NCBI GenBank assembly: GCA_945866135.1 | Contig: CAMBGF010000002.1 | Location: 1 to 55,328, forward strand | Reading direction: 5' to 3' | Length of the DNA: 55,328 nucleotides | Origin: Bifidobacterium breve | Lineage (GTDB): Bacteria; Actinomycetota; Actinomycetes; S36-B12; UBA5976 | Shown: in pieces, positions 1 to 8,270 of the stretch | Position numbering within the stretch: the stretch's first letter is position 1 | Layout: each line of letters begins with the position of its first letter | The notes under the pieces: generated by a model | What the model was told of the DNA's origin: nothing | The model's database searches: none | What the model saw: only the letters and a program-made list of their open reading frames with translations | Made by a program: the position numbers and the translations under genes

Positions 1-471
1 GTACATCTTTGCAGGGAGTGTGGCGCCAGATGGAGAAAGGATCTGTAGCTTCATCGATAGCACATTGCCAGCACTGCTTAGGTCTCCAGTGATCTCAACA
101 ATGACGGTGTGAGCAACCGCGTCGGTTGCATCACTGTCCCAGTAGGTAAGCGCAGCATTAGGTGGATCGGCGCTAAAGGAGTCCTCACTTGTGTCGTCCC
201 ACAGCGCAACGAAGTCGGTGAGCGACAAGTCTTGTATGTCCCGAAAGGGGCGGTCGCTAAATCCCACGAGGCTTCCCACCGGCACGCTAAACACACCCGA
301 GGACTGGTCAAAGTCGCTGGTTCCAGCTGACTGCAAAGAGTACAACCATGATTCCGTTGCGGCCTCTGCTGCTGAAGGAGTTTTATCTTTTGCATTGAAC
401 AAAAAGATTGAAAGCGCTACAACCGCAATCACAGTAATTATGGCCAATAGCGGTACCAAGAATTTACGCAT
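1..471 (-). CDS. Hypothetical membrane-anchored or secreted protein, partial (3' end runs off the left window edge)
   Basis: Absent from the ORF track because it has no in-window stop. The ATG at 471-469 (minus strand) opens a frame that stays open for 157 codons down to base 1. The N-terminus MRKFLVPLLAIITVIAVVALSIFLF looks like a signal-anchor or TM helix. No family recognised. Confidence 0.5.
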   Translation of the reverse strand, partial: MRKFLVPLLAIITVIAVVALSIFLFNAKDKTPSAAEAATESWLYSLQSAGTSDFDQSSGVFSVPVGSLVGFSDRPFRDIQDLSLTDFVALWDDTSEDSFSADPPNAALTYWDSDATDAVAHTVIVEITGDLSSAGNVLSMKLQILSPSGATLPAKMY

Positions 472-559
472 AATCGAAGCTCTCTTTTCTTAGAATTATT
501 CGCAACATACCAACATGTCAGGAGTAATACATCACTCAAAAGGCAATTAGGGCAAATGT

Positions 560-598
560 CTAGGGTTACCCCTAGACAGGTACTAGGGGTACCCCTAG
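560..598. repeat. Twin 16-bp palindromes (CTAGGGTTACCCCTAG, 7-nt spacer, CTAGGGGTACCCCTAG); candidate operator or long hairpin
   Basis: Read directly. 583-598 is a perfect 16-bp palindrome and 560-575 differs from it at one base. The pair is intergenic, between tRNA-Arg and the ORF starting at 471. Confidence 0.6.
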
Positions 599-692
599 TT
601 CTTAGTCGCTAGTCGTCGGTGTTTGGTGAAACCACACCAATCGTCATTGCTAGCTACGTATTGCTCTATCAACTGAACTACTAGAGGATATG

Positions 693-765
693 CGCGCTCG
701 AAGGGATTCGAACCCCTAACCTTCTGATCCGTAGTCAGATGCTCTATCCGTTGAGCTACGAGCGC
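693..765 (-). tRNA. tRNA-Arg (anticodon ACG)
   Basis: The reverse complement folds as a 73-nt cloverleaf. Acceptor is GCGCTCG/CGAGCGC and the D arm is GCTC-AACGGATA-GAGC. The anticodon stem TCTGA/TCAGA carries loop CTACGGA (ACG), and the T arm is AGGGG-TTCGAAT-CCCTT. CCA is not encoded. Confidence 0.95.
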
Positions 766-840
766 GTGCGCACCGAAATGCGCTTGCCCAGTCTAGCCCA
801 CATCGCAGGTCTGCCAAAAATGGCAGATTAAGCCGAATAG

Positions 841-1161
841 TTAAATGTCTTCTAGTGCGTCGTGGATTGGGATTACTTGATCAAGGCCCGTAATTCCAAA
901 TACTTTAAGTACGCGTTCATTCGTAATAACTAAATCCAATTCGATATCAGCTTCTCGGCAACGTTTTAGGCCACGTACTATTACGCCCAAACCTGATGAG
1001 TCCATAAATGTCACATTAGATAGATCAATTGCAAGCCCTGCTGTGCCGGAATCAAGCGCGGCAATTATGGCGCCATCCAACTCGGGTGAGGTGGCGAGGT
1101 CAACTTCGCCTGATACCGAAATAACGTATCGAGTGACATCTGGTGTTAGATCGATCTGCAT
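841..1161 (-). CDS. STAS-domain anti-sigma-factor antagonist (SpoIIAA/RsbV-like)
   Basis: 106-aa protein with the typical STAS layout (...VSGEVDLATSPELD...IDLSNVTFMDSSGLGVIV...). GAAGGA lies upstream of the ATG at 1161. It sits 29 nt downstream of the last tad gene. Confidence 0.85.
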   Translation of the reverse strand: MQIDLTPDVTRYVISVSGEVDLATSPELDGAIIAALDSGTAGLAIDLSNVTFMDSSGLGVIVRGLKRCREADIELDLVITNERVLKVFGITGLDQVIPIHDALEDI

Positions 1162-1190
1162 GAGCGTCCTTCTGGTGTTGTAGTAATAAT

Positions 1191-1580
1191 CTACGGCATG
1201 GGTTCCATTGGCTGGGCAATGCCTGCTGTGGCACTGGCCACTAGATTGGGCAACAAAAATTTCATTGGAAAATAAGTGTTTGGCAAGGTTAACTCCACTT
1301 TGATTATCGATTCTGATGCCTGACAGCTCCTGGATGAACTCGGAAAATTCATTTTGAAATTTAGTGCGGTATCACACGCTTGGTTTTGATTAAATTCCAA
1401 TTCAAGCGCGCCCGCCAAAGCACTTGCATCTGCTGTTGCGTTCAATCTATGTTGGGTGACTACTAACTGGCTCATAGTTGCCAAAATTGGTAGCACAGAC
1501 AAAATTGCAAGTGCCAATGCGAGTAGCAAAATTGTTACCTGCCCGGAATCATTTGCTTCCAGTGGCTTGTTGTCTTGCAT
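1191..1580 (-). CDS. TadE-like pseudopilin (Rv3654c/Rv3655c-type, 'secretion neighbourhood' TadE-like protein)
   Basis: N-terminal hydrophobic segment ...DSGQVTILLLALALAILSVL typical of actinobacterial TadE-like proteins. The TAATG start/stop overlap with the upstream tadE-like gene and the position in the tad operon support the call. Confidence 0.6.
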   Translation of the reverse strand: MQDNKPLEANDSGQVTILLLALALAILSVLPILATMSQLVVTQHRLNATADASALAGALELEFNQNQACDTALNFKMNFPSSSRSCQASESIIKVELTLPNTYFPMKFLLPNLVASATAGIAQPMEPMP

Positions 1581-1975
1581 TAGCCAAACTCCTCAAAGAC
1601 AGGTTCTAGCCGAGCCCACGCTGTTGCAGTCAATGTGAAGTCGTGGGAAAGAAGTGGTAGCCCAATACTTCTGGTGGTTGTAAGAATCACCTCAACAACG
1701 TCACCATTGGGCTTAGCAAATATTTGCGTTCCCACGGGCAGCGAATTGCGATAAGAATCTGGGAGTGGGTCCCCGCGTCCGATGATCCGGGCGGCCATCG
1801 CCGCACTACTCTCTAATTGAATTTGCGTCGTCGTTATACCAATTAGCGAAAAAACGATCGCAGCCACAAACAAAATTGCTGGCAGAACGATGGCAAACTC
1901 TGCTACTGCATACCCATGCGTGCGTTGGACTAGCTGCCTGCTCACACCTAATCCAACGCTTAGCATTCTCGACAC
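1580..1975 (-). CDS. TadE family pilus assembly protein / pseudopilin
   Basis: N-terminal motif G-YAVAEFAIVLPAILF (TadE N-terminal domain). GTG start 2 nt after the Flp stop. Operon context supports it. Confidence 0.7.
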   Translation of the reverse strand: MSRMLSVGLGVSRQLVQRTHGYAVAEFAIVLPAILFVAAIVFSLIGITTTQIQLESSAAMAARIIGRGDPLPDSYRNSLPVGTQIFAKPNGDVVEVILTTTRSIGLPLLSHDFTLTATAWARLEPVFEEFG

Positions 1976-1977
1976 GA

Positions 1978-2175
1978 TTAGTTTGTGAAAAGAAAACTAA
2001 ATGAACTCTGAATTATTTTCCAGATAAGTGCTTGGAATTCTGGACTCGTCAATAACTTGAGTAAAACACCACCTAAGCCTGCTGCTGCAATAGTGCCAAC
2101 GGCATATTCAGCCGTCGTCATACCAATGTCGTTCCTTGTTGCGTTTAGTAATTTTTGTTTCACGAATTTCCCCAT
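1978..2175 (-). CDS. Flp-type prepilin (actinobacterial DUF4244-like)
   Basis: 65 aa. It has a Flp processing motif G/MTTAEY followed by the hydrophobic helix AVGTIAAAGLGGVLLKLL. It lies directly downstream of tadC. Confidence 0.75.
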   Translation of the reverse strand: MGKFVKQKLLNATRNDIGMTTAEYAVGTIAAAGLGGVLLKLLTSPEFQALIWKIIQSSFSFLFTN

Positions 2176-2261
2176 TCATGTTTGTGCGCAAGCGCGCTAT
2201 CGAATTCTCCAGTCGATACGTACAACTGCGAAATAGTTTTCGCTGCGCTGTTGATTGCCGG

Positions 2262-2831
2262 TTACTGTGGATAGTTGAAAAAATTTGCTACTAAGCCTGC
2301 TACAAGTGGCAACACAGCAAGCAAAATGAATGCTGGTAAAAAGCAAAGCCCAAGAGGTAAAACGCTTTTCACGGCAACTGACTTGATTCGATTTAGTTTT
2401 GCCATGTCTAATGAAGTTTTAGTGGCTTGTTCAAGTTCAGCTAATTGATCATGAATTGGACTGCCAGTGATCAATGCTGCAATCAGCGAATCTGTTAGCC
2501 CAAGCCAGAGTGGGCTCCTGGAAGCTAGCGAATCCAGAGCAAGCGTTAAAGGTTTGCCTAATTTGAATTGAGCTAACACCGATTCAATATCTATGCGCGC
2601 AGTTGTTGGTAATTGTGGGCAGATAAAAGTTAGTCCATCCAAAATTGTCATCCCAATACCAAGACACATCCTAAGGAATTGCGTAGTTTCCATAACTCCT
2701 GCGATTGTCACAGTCTCGTTCGAGATCTTTTCCGTTTTGCTGGCTTCGATTTTTGAGCGATGTTTTATGCCCGGTAGCGGGAAGATTAAATAGCTTGCTA
2801 ACCCCAGACTCAGCGCGGCCAAAGCAATCAA
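2262..2831 (-). CDS. tadC: TadC-like type II secretion system F-family membrane protein
   Basis: Polytopic membrane protein in the tadB-tadC position. The track ORF (to 2945) overlaps tadB by 118 nt. A TTG at 2831 overlaps the tadB stop as TTGA and gives about 189 aa, typical for actinobacterial TadC. The start is uncertain. Confidence 0.7.
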   Translation of the reverse strand: MIALAALSLGLASYLIFPLPGIKHRSKIEASKTEKISNETVTIAGVMETTQFLRMCLGIGMTILDGLTFICPQLPTTARIDIESVLAQFKLGKPLTLALDSLASRSPLWLGLTDSLIAALITGSPIHDQLAELEQATKTSLDMAKLNRIKSVAVKSVLPLGLCFLPAFILLAVLPLVAGLVANFFNYPQ

Positions 2832-3496
2832 CTTGGATCTCGCAGAGCATTTGCCAATAACCGCTGGACCCAGACCCAGCCCAATAGCTCCAGAGCAAGA
2901 CCAGTGAATAGAGCGCCGCGTCCAAGGCCTGTTGTGAATAGCCAATTGATCGACTGTGAACCAAGCATCATGGCTAAGCCTGATCCAATTATTGGTAAAC
3001 CGGCGAGCAACAAGACTGTAGCTTTCGTACTTGCTAACTCTGTTGTAAGCAATTGCTCCTGCGTTCGATTCCGAATCATAGTTGAAGCCAGGTTTGAAAG
3101 CGGCTGCGAAATACTTGCGCCAGATCTTGCGCTTGCTTGCATAAGTAAGGCGTAATCTGCCAGTGCCCGAAACTCGATTACATCAGCGTCACGTTTCATT
3201 GCTGCGTAAATGTCAGATCGAAATGAAAAACTCTTTCTGGTCTCAGGTAATAGCGCCTGGTTAATCCGACTTAGGGCAAATTGCAATGCCGCAATTTGAG
3301 TGGAACCAGATAACAGTTGGATTTTGATGCAGTTTATGAATTGCAATTTTTCATCAAAAGTCATTTGGATCTTCTTGTGCCTGCGAAACTTAGTCATCGC
3401 TACTTTGAAATTAGGTACTACGAATACATTCGGCAACGGCGCCATTGCTAAGTAACAGGCAAGCCAAGCACAAGTAGCGATCCAAAACGTTTTCAT
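2828..3496 (-). CDS. tadB: TadB-like type II secretion system F-family membrane protein
   Basis: Membrane protein with an N-terminal TM helix and C-terminal TM pair. Its ATG at 3496 overlaps the tadA stop (ATGA). Confidence 0.75.
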   Translation of the reverse strand: MKTFWIATCAWLACYLAMAPLPNVFVVPNFKVAMTKFRRHKKIQMTFDEKLQFINCIKIQLLSGSTQIAALQFALSRINQALLPETRKSFSFRSDIYAAMKRDADVIEFRALADYALLMQASARSGASISQPLSNLASTMIRNRTQEQLLTTELASTKATVLLLAGLPIIGSGLAMMLGSQSINWLFTTGLGRGALFTGLALELLGWVWVQRLLANALRDPS

Positions 3497-4677
3497 GCGA
3501 CAGCTTGTATTTTTAGTTTGCTCGGCACTGCAGCATCTCTGGGTTCAACATATAAATCTTCCAGAATTACTTCGGTCGTAACAGTTCCATCGATAAGTTT
3601 CACAAATTTTGCAATGCTTGCTACCCCGCGAGGCCGCAGCTGCGCGTCATGCATTTGGATCACATAGTTAAACGCGCAATACATTTGGGCATGAATTGCT
3701 TGTCTCGGCAACCCTGCCAAAAGCCCTAGTGCTTCGATTCGAGTTGGGACACTCAATGCATCGTCTGCGTGGATTGTCGTGGCACTGCCATTGTGTCCAG
3801 TGTTTAGTGCCAACAAGAGGTCACTAATTTCAGTTCCCCTGACTTCACCAACAACAATTCGGTCTGGGCGCATGCGCAATGTTTGTCTTACCAAATCAGT
3901 CATAGTTACTTCGCCAAATCCCTCGCTGTTTGCAAGTCGGGACTGCACTTTAACTACGTGCGGATGATTTATATCCAATTCAGTTGAGTCTTCAATAACT
4001 ACGATTCGATGACACTTATCAACGTGCGAGAGCATGGCTGCTAGCAAAGTAGTTTTACCGCTACCAGTACCACCACTAATAATGAAACTTTTTCGATCCG
4101 CAACAATTTGGGTGAGCTTGTCATAAATCGATTCTGAGAAAGCTCCTAGAACAAGTAGTTTTCCGAGTGTGTACTGCTGGTTCGATGGCACTCGAAATGA
4201 CATTGCGATTCCGGCTACCGCAAGTGGGGGCAAAGCTGCATGAAATCGGATCCCATTTTCTAGTTGTAAGTCCACAAATGGGTGCGCATCATCCAAGCGA
4301 CGATGTCCAAGAGCAGCTAAGTGACTGGCAAAATCTCGCGCTGCTTGCTCTGAAGGCCAAGCCACTTTAGTTTTTCGCAAGCCCTGCCCTTGATCAACCC
4401 ACACCTGGTCAAAGCGATTAACTAAGACATCGGTGAGTCCTGGGAGCAGAAGCAAACCCTCTATGGGCCCAAGTCCGAAAATTTCAGACAAAACAATATC
4501 GATAAGTTCAACAAGATCGCCGTGCGAACTGGCTGGCAATAACTGTCGGACAATTTCGGTAACGGCTCTGACATCGGGTTTTATGCCTTGTTCAATACAC
4601 CGAGCGCGAACTTGTTCGACTAGTTCATGCGACTTGTTGGATGTCATCAGTTTGTGCCAATCGCTGGGCGAGTGCAT
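3493..4677 (-). CDS. tadA: TadA/CpaF-family secretion ATPase
   Basis: Walker A GGTGSGKTTLLAAML, Walker B/Asp box IVVIEDSTEL, and the His box region GHNGSATTIHA. The start may be the internal ATG at 4647, because the long form overlaps the upstream gene by 53 nt. Confidence 0.9.
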   Translation of the reverse strand: MHSPSDWHKLMTSNKSHELVEQVRARCIEQGIKPDVRAVTEIVRQLLPASSHGDLVELIDIVLSEIFGLGPIEGLLLLPGLTDVLVNRFDQVWVDQGQGLRKTKVAWPSEQAARDFASHLAALGHRRLDDAHPFVDLQLENGIRFHAALPPLAVAGIAMSFRVPSNQQYTLGKLLVLGAFSESIYDKLTQIVADRKSFIISGGTGSGKTTLLAAMLSHVDKCHRIVVIEDSTELDINHPHVVKVQSRLANSEGFGEVTMTDLVRQTLRMRPDRIVVGEVRGTEISDLLLALNTGHNGSATTIHADDALSVPTRIEALGLLAGLPRQAIHAQMYCAFNYVIQMHDAQLRPRGVASIAKFVKLIDGTVTTEVILEDLYVEPRDAAVPSKLKIQAVA

Positions 4678-5665
4678 TCAAGCTTCGAGTGAAGCCACCT
4701 AAGTGAATTCCTGCGACCCCAAATCCTTGTTCAATTTGCTCGACTATACGCGGATCAGAATTTACTGATCCAGCTAATGGCACATCTAAAGACTGAGCAA
4801 TTTTTAGTGCGTCAAGATTTGTGCCTGGTAAATTCCTAATGACGAGTTCCACATTTGAAACGTGTTTGGAGATGTGTGCAATTGCTATTTTTGTGCTGGC
4901 GCTTCCTCGCACAGTTGATGGCGTTACCACAAAAGCAACGTCACATTGTTGCAAGATTTCCACCGCGGTCACTTGATTAGTAAATCTTGGAAAATCTATG
5001 ATGACCAGCCCAGAGACTCCTCGTAATTGTTGAATAATTGCCTCTGGCACAAACTTCTCAGGTGTCGATTTCGAATCATTGTGAGTGAGCAGTGCTACAC
5101 CATCTCTTACCGGCAAGCCGCGCAGAATATCGCTGCCACTTATAGAACCAGTCAAAGAATGAAAATCTTGCCATCGCATACCTGGTTGGGTTTCAATTCC
5201 AAGCAGGATATCTAAACCAGCTGAACTTTCATCAAGATCAACAAGTACAACATCACTAAAGAGTTGTCGGGCATGAAATGCCAGTCCAGCCGAAAGCAGT
5301 GATGCGCCAGCTCCACCTGCTCCTGGAATAATTGCAACGCACAACCCCTTCTTGGTTACCGGCGCCGAAAGGTGTTCAACTAGCCAATCTCTGGAGTCTG
5401 GAATGACCGCTATGTGGTTTGCCAAAAGCTTTGTGGCGAATCGCCAAGTCTCTGGGCCAGTTGCCCCGATTACAACCAGCACAATCTCAGGATGATTTAA
5501 GTTCGCTTGCGCGCAATCAGAGGCGACAAAAACTCGATAAGCATTTGAAAGATCGGCTGCATTTGGTTCACTTTCAATCACCAACGGCGTTTGAGTAACA
5601 GCTGCAATTTTTTGAAATTCCGTAATTACTCGATCATCACGAGTTACCAGTAATGCATGCATCAA
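4625..5665 (-). CDS. CpaE/TadZ-like ATPase-fold protein (actinobacterial Ssd/Rv3660c type)
   Basis: Receiver-like N-terminal domain followed by the deviant P-loop IIPGAGGAGASLLSAGLA. It is the first gene of the tad operon, as in Mycobacterium tuberculosis Rv3660c-Rv3654c. Confidence 0.75.
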   Translation of the reverse strand: MMHALLVTRDDRVITEFQKIAAVTQTPLVIESEPNAADLSNAYRVFVASDCAQANLNHPEIVLVVIGATGPETWRFATKLLANHIAVIPDSRDWLVEHLSAPVTKKGLCVAIIPGAGGAGASLLSAGLAFHARQLFSDVVLVDLDESSAGLDILLGIETQPGMRWQDFHSLTGSISGSDILRGLPVRDGVALLTHNDSKSTPEKFVPEAIIQQLRGVSGLVIIDFPRFTNQVTAVEILQQCDVAFVVTPSTVRGSASTKIAIAHISKHVSNVELVIRNLPGTNLDALKIAQSLDVPLAGSVNSDPRIVEQIEQGFGVAGIHLGGFTRSLNALAQRLAQTDDIQQVA

Positions 5666-5781
5666 ATCTCCATCTAGTCACGGAGCTAATTGCACCTGAC
5701 TTTAAGATGATGTTGATACTTCTGGCCTTAAGAAAGATGAAAATTCATCCTGTGTGACTTTTTTGGCTGTGGAAAAGATTA

Positions 5782-6576
5782 CTACTTAGCATCCGCTAGT
5801 TCGGCTAATTGCAATGCCATTTCAATTCCTTTGCGGATAGCTTCGCCCTGCCACTCGATCCACGCAGCCACACCAGCGGCAGTTCCAGATTGATATGAAG
5901 TCAGCGCTTTTACATATGCCGGTCGCCCTAAAAGAAACGCGCCATATTCGCTCATAACAAGTCCGTCCACATCAACCTCTCGAGCTGCCAAAATCAATCG
6001 AGTACTTGCCCGAGCTACCAAATAGGAGCCTTGGGTGAATGGTCTAAGTGTCGCTAGCTCAGCGTGCGCAATTGCTGCGATCAAAATTACTGGCGCTTTT
6101 GAATTGATAATCAGATCAACTAGCGCAGCAAGTCTTTCTTGTAGGACTTCGTGAGGTGGCACATTACCAATACGAAGTGGATCGTCAATTTCATTACTTG
6201 TTCGAGGTTGTCCACGATCACCGTCGTTAGAAGCAAAAGTGTGAAGTCGGGCTAAGACTTTTAGCGGTTCTGTCTTAAATGCCAAAGTTTGTAAATCTGC
6301 TTCAGCTGTCAGCAATAGTCCTTGTTCAGAAAGTGAACCCATTGGCGAAACTTCTGGCTCCATGGTTGGGTCTTTTGGCATCTGCGCGCCATCAAGTGCG
6401 GCAGTTGCAAACCCAGCGATTCTGCGGGTGTAAGGAGTAAGCGCTAATTGGTGCCGACGAACTGTGCGATTCCACATCAAGTCGTCAATGGCCTTTAAAG
6501 TTGTTTCACATTCTTTAGCAACGCCAGGCAACGCTAATAAGTTACTGAGTGGATCAATCTGATTGAGCGCCGACAC
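5782..6576 (-). CDS. Conserved hypothetical protein, possible degenerate Fic/Fido fold
   Basis: 264-aa ORF with a GTG start. The segment LRPFTQGSYLVARASTR sits where a Fic motif HPFxDGNGRxxR would lie, but most catalytic positions are replaced. The function is not established. Confidence 0.45.
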   Translation of the reverse strand: MSALNQIDPLSNLLALPGVAKECETTLKAIDDLMWNRTVRRHQLALTPYTRRIAGFATAALDGAQMPKDPTMEPEVSPMGSLSEQGLLLTAEADLQTLAFKTEPLKVLARLHTFASNDGDRGQPRTSNEIDDPLRIGNVPPHEVLQERLAALVDLIINSKAPVILIAAIAHAELATLRPFTQGSYLVARASTRLILAAREVDVDGLVMSEYGAFLLGRPAYVKALTSYQSGTAAGVAAWIEWQGEAIRKGIEMALQLAELADAK

Positions 6577-6581
6577 TTTTG

Positions 6582-6980
6582 TTATTTGGAGCCGGGGCGC
6601 AGAGTTGTAAGAGTTTGGACGGTATCTGCGAGCGATTTTGCAGTGCGACTACCGAGCGTGATTTTTCTTATTTGTCGCCATGCTAAAAGTCCAAGAATCA
6701 AGGCGAGTGTTGCTAAACCCGCAACTACCAGAAGAAAACTGATCCAAAGTTCATAACCCAAAGTATTTAGGTAGTACGCGGCAGCAATGAAAATAAAAAT
6801 TCCTGCCAGGTTCGCAATGGCAATTGCAGTTAAAAATAATCCTGAAGATTTAGCCATACGACCGACCGCTTCTTTAGCTTCCGCCTGCGCCAGTTCAATG
6901 TGGCTATTCACCAAAGAGGTCAGATCATCTTTGATCGAATTGATCATTGAAGTTAGGGTCGGTTCCTGCTGCTCACTCAT
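6582..6980 (-). CDS. Small membrane protein, holin-X / DUF1469-like ('phage holin family protein' type)
   Basis: 132 aa with an amphipathic N-terminus, two TM helices (LFLTAIAIANLAGIFIFIAAAYY and ISFLLVVAGLATLALILGLLAW) and a basic C-terminus. It lies 5 nt upstream of the next gene. Confidence 0.6.
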   Translation of the reverse strand: MSEQQEPTLTSMINSIKDDLTSLVNSHIELAQAEAKEAVGRMAKSSGLFLTAIAIANLAGIFIFIAAAYYLNTLGYELWISFLLVVAGLATLALILGLLAWRQIRKITLGSRTAKSLADTVQTLTTLRPGSK

Positions 6981-7024
6981 AGATCTAGCGTAATGCAGAC
7001 CAGCGCCCTAGAAAATCTATGTCA

Positions 7025-8245
7025 CTATTGCGTTTTATAGCGCCCAATTGCCATCGAGCGAATTGAAATCGCCAAGACCGACACAATAATTGCGACCAAA
7101 TTTGTAAATATGATTGCGAATTTGCTGGTCATCAATATCGCAGGATCAGCTATGAACGACACTTCCGCAATCAGCAGCGCGACGGTAAATCCGATACTTG
7201 CCAATGATCCAACGACAACGACATCCCACCAAGATAAATCAGGATTAAGCGTTCCCTTGGTAAACCGGGAAACCAGGAAGGCGCCTAAAGTGACACCAAT
7301 TGGCTGACCAATAATGAGTCCACACAGCACACCCACTGTGAGCGGATCAGAAAGTGCCTCCCCCAATGTTGTGCCCAATACATTTACGCCGGCAGCCAGG
7401 AAAGCGAAAACCGGTACCGCAAATCCCGCAGACAATGGCCGCAGCGTAACTTCGGCTTTATCGCACGGTGATACTTGCTCGGCTTGCGTTTTGCGCACTC
7501 GCATTAGCAGGCCCATCGCAACGCCCGCAATAGTGGCGTGGATTCCACTTCGAAACATCGCGTACCAAATCACTATTGCAAGTGGGAGAAAAATAAATAT
7601 TGACGTGACTTTTCGGTTCTGTAGTAAGGCAAATAAAAGCAACAAGGCTACGGCCAAACCAAACCACATTGCATAAAAACCGTGACCATAAAAAATTGCA
7701 ATTACCAGAATTGCGCCTAGATCATTTACCACAGCAATCGTGAGCAAAAAAGAACGTAACTCAATCGGCAATCGATGGCCGGCAATTGCTAGTACTGCTA
7801 GCGCAAAGGCAACATCTGTTGAAATTGGCAGACCCCACGCAGCTTGCGCTGGAGTACCAAAATTAAAAGCCAAGAAAATTGCTGCTGCAGTGACCATGCC
7901 GCCTAAGGCAGCGCCAATCGGAACGGCAGCTATTCGCGGATTAGAAAGAGTGCCCAGCACAAATTCATGCTTTAGTTCACAGCCGATCACAAAGAAAAAA
8001 ATGGCGAGCAAAAGATCTGCAGCCCAGACATTCAAAGTCAAATTCAAATTTAAAGCTTCTGGACCGAATTTAAAGTTGACTATGGCTTCATAGGAGTCAG
8101 ACCAAGCAGAGTTCGCCCAAACTAGAGCGAATAATGCAGAGGCCATCAATAACAGGCCACCAACGGTTTCATTTTTAAGGGCGCGAGCTAACCAACGCTG
8201 TTCCGTTTCCGGAACTTCGCTAAACACGTCTACTTCGTGGCTCAT
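7025..8245 (-). CDS. nhaA: Na+/H+ antiporter NhaA
   Basis: 406-aa polytopic protein with NhaA-type sequence throughout (…GGLLLMASALFALVWANS…, …AVVNDLGAILVIAIFY…). Confidence 0.9.
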   Translation of the reverse strand: MSHEVDVFSEVPETEQRWLARALKNETVGGLLLMASALFALVWANSAWSDSYEAIVNFKFGPEALNLNLTLNVWAADLLLAIFFFVIGCELKHEFVLGTLSNPRIAAVPIGAALGGMVTAAAIFLAFNFGTPAQAAWGLPISTDVAFALAVLAIAGHRLPIELRSFLLTIAVVNDLGAILVIAIFYGHGFYAMWFGLAVALLLLFALLQNRKVTSIFIFLPLAIVIWYAMFRSGIHATIAGVAMGLLMRVRKTQAEQVSPCDKAEVTLRPLSAGFAVPVFAFLAAGVNVLGTTLGEALSDPLTVGVLCGLIIGQPIGVTLGAFLVSRFTKGTLNPDLSWWDVVVVGSLASIGFTVALLIAEVSFIADPAILMTSKFAIIFTNLVAIIVSVLAISIRSMAIGRYKTQ

Positions 8246-8270
8246 GTCTTCGACTTTATCCTAAACAGGA

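Noticed and set aside
693-765. tRNA-Arg, and the tRNA-Ile/tRNA-Ala pair, as possible integration hot spots flanking a genomic island.
   Set aside because: There is no integrase, no direct repeat of a tRNA 3' end and no compositional break that I could see. The flanking genes are conserved core genes in conserved synteny.
2266-2274. Isolated DnaA-box-like 9-mers outside the origin: TGTGGATAG inside tadC, TGTGGAAAA at 5768-5776 and GTATCCACA at 40991-40999 upstream of trxA.
   Set aside because: These are single sites with one or more mismatches, which are expected by chance in 55 kb. They do not cluster, and one is in coding sequence.
2671-2964. 97-aa ORF and other 60-100-aa ORFs overlapping the tadB/tadC junction.
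   Set aside because: They are in an alternative frame of tadC/tadB, with no RBS and no motifs. The TTGA-coupled tadC start explains the region.
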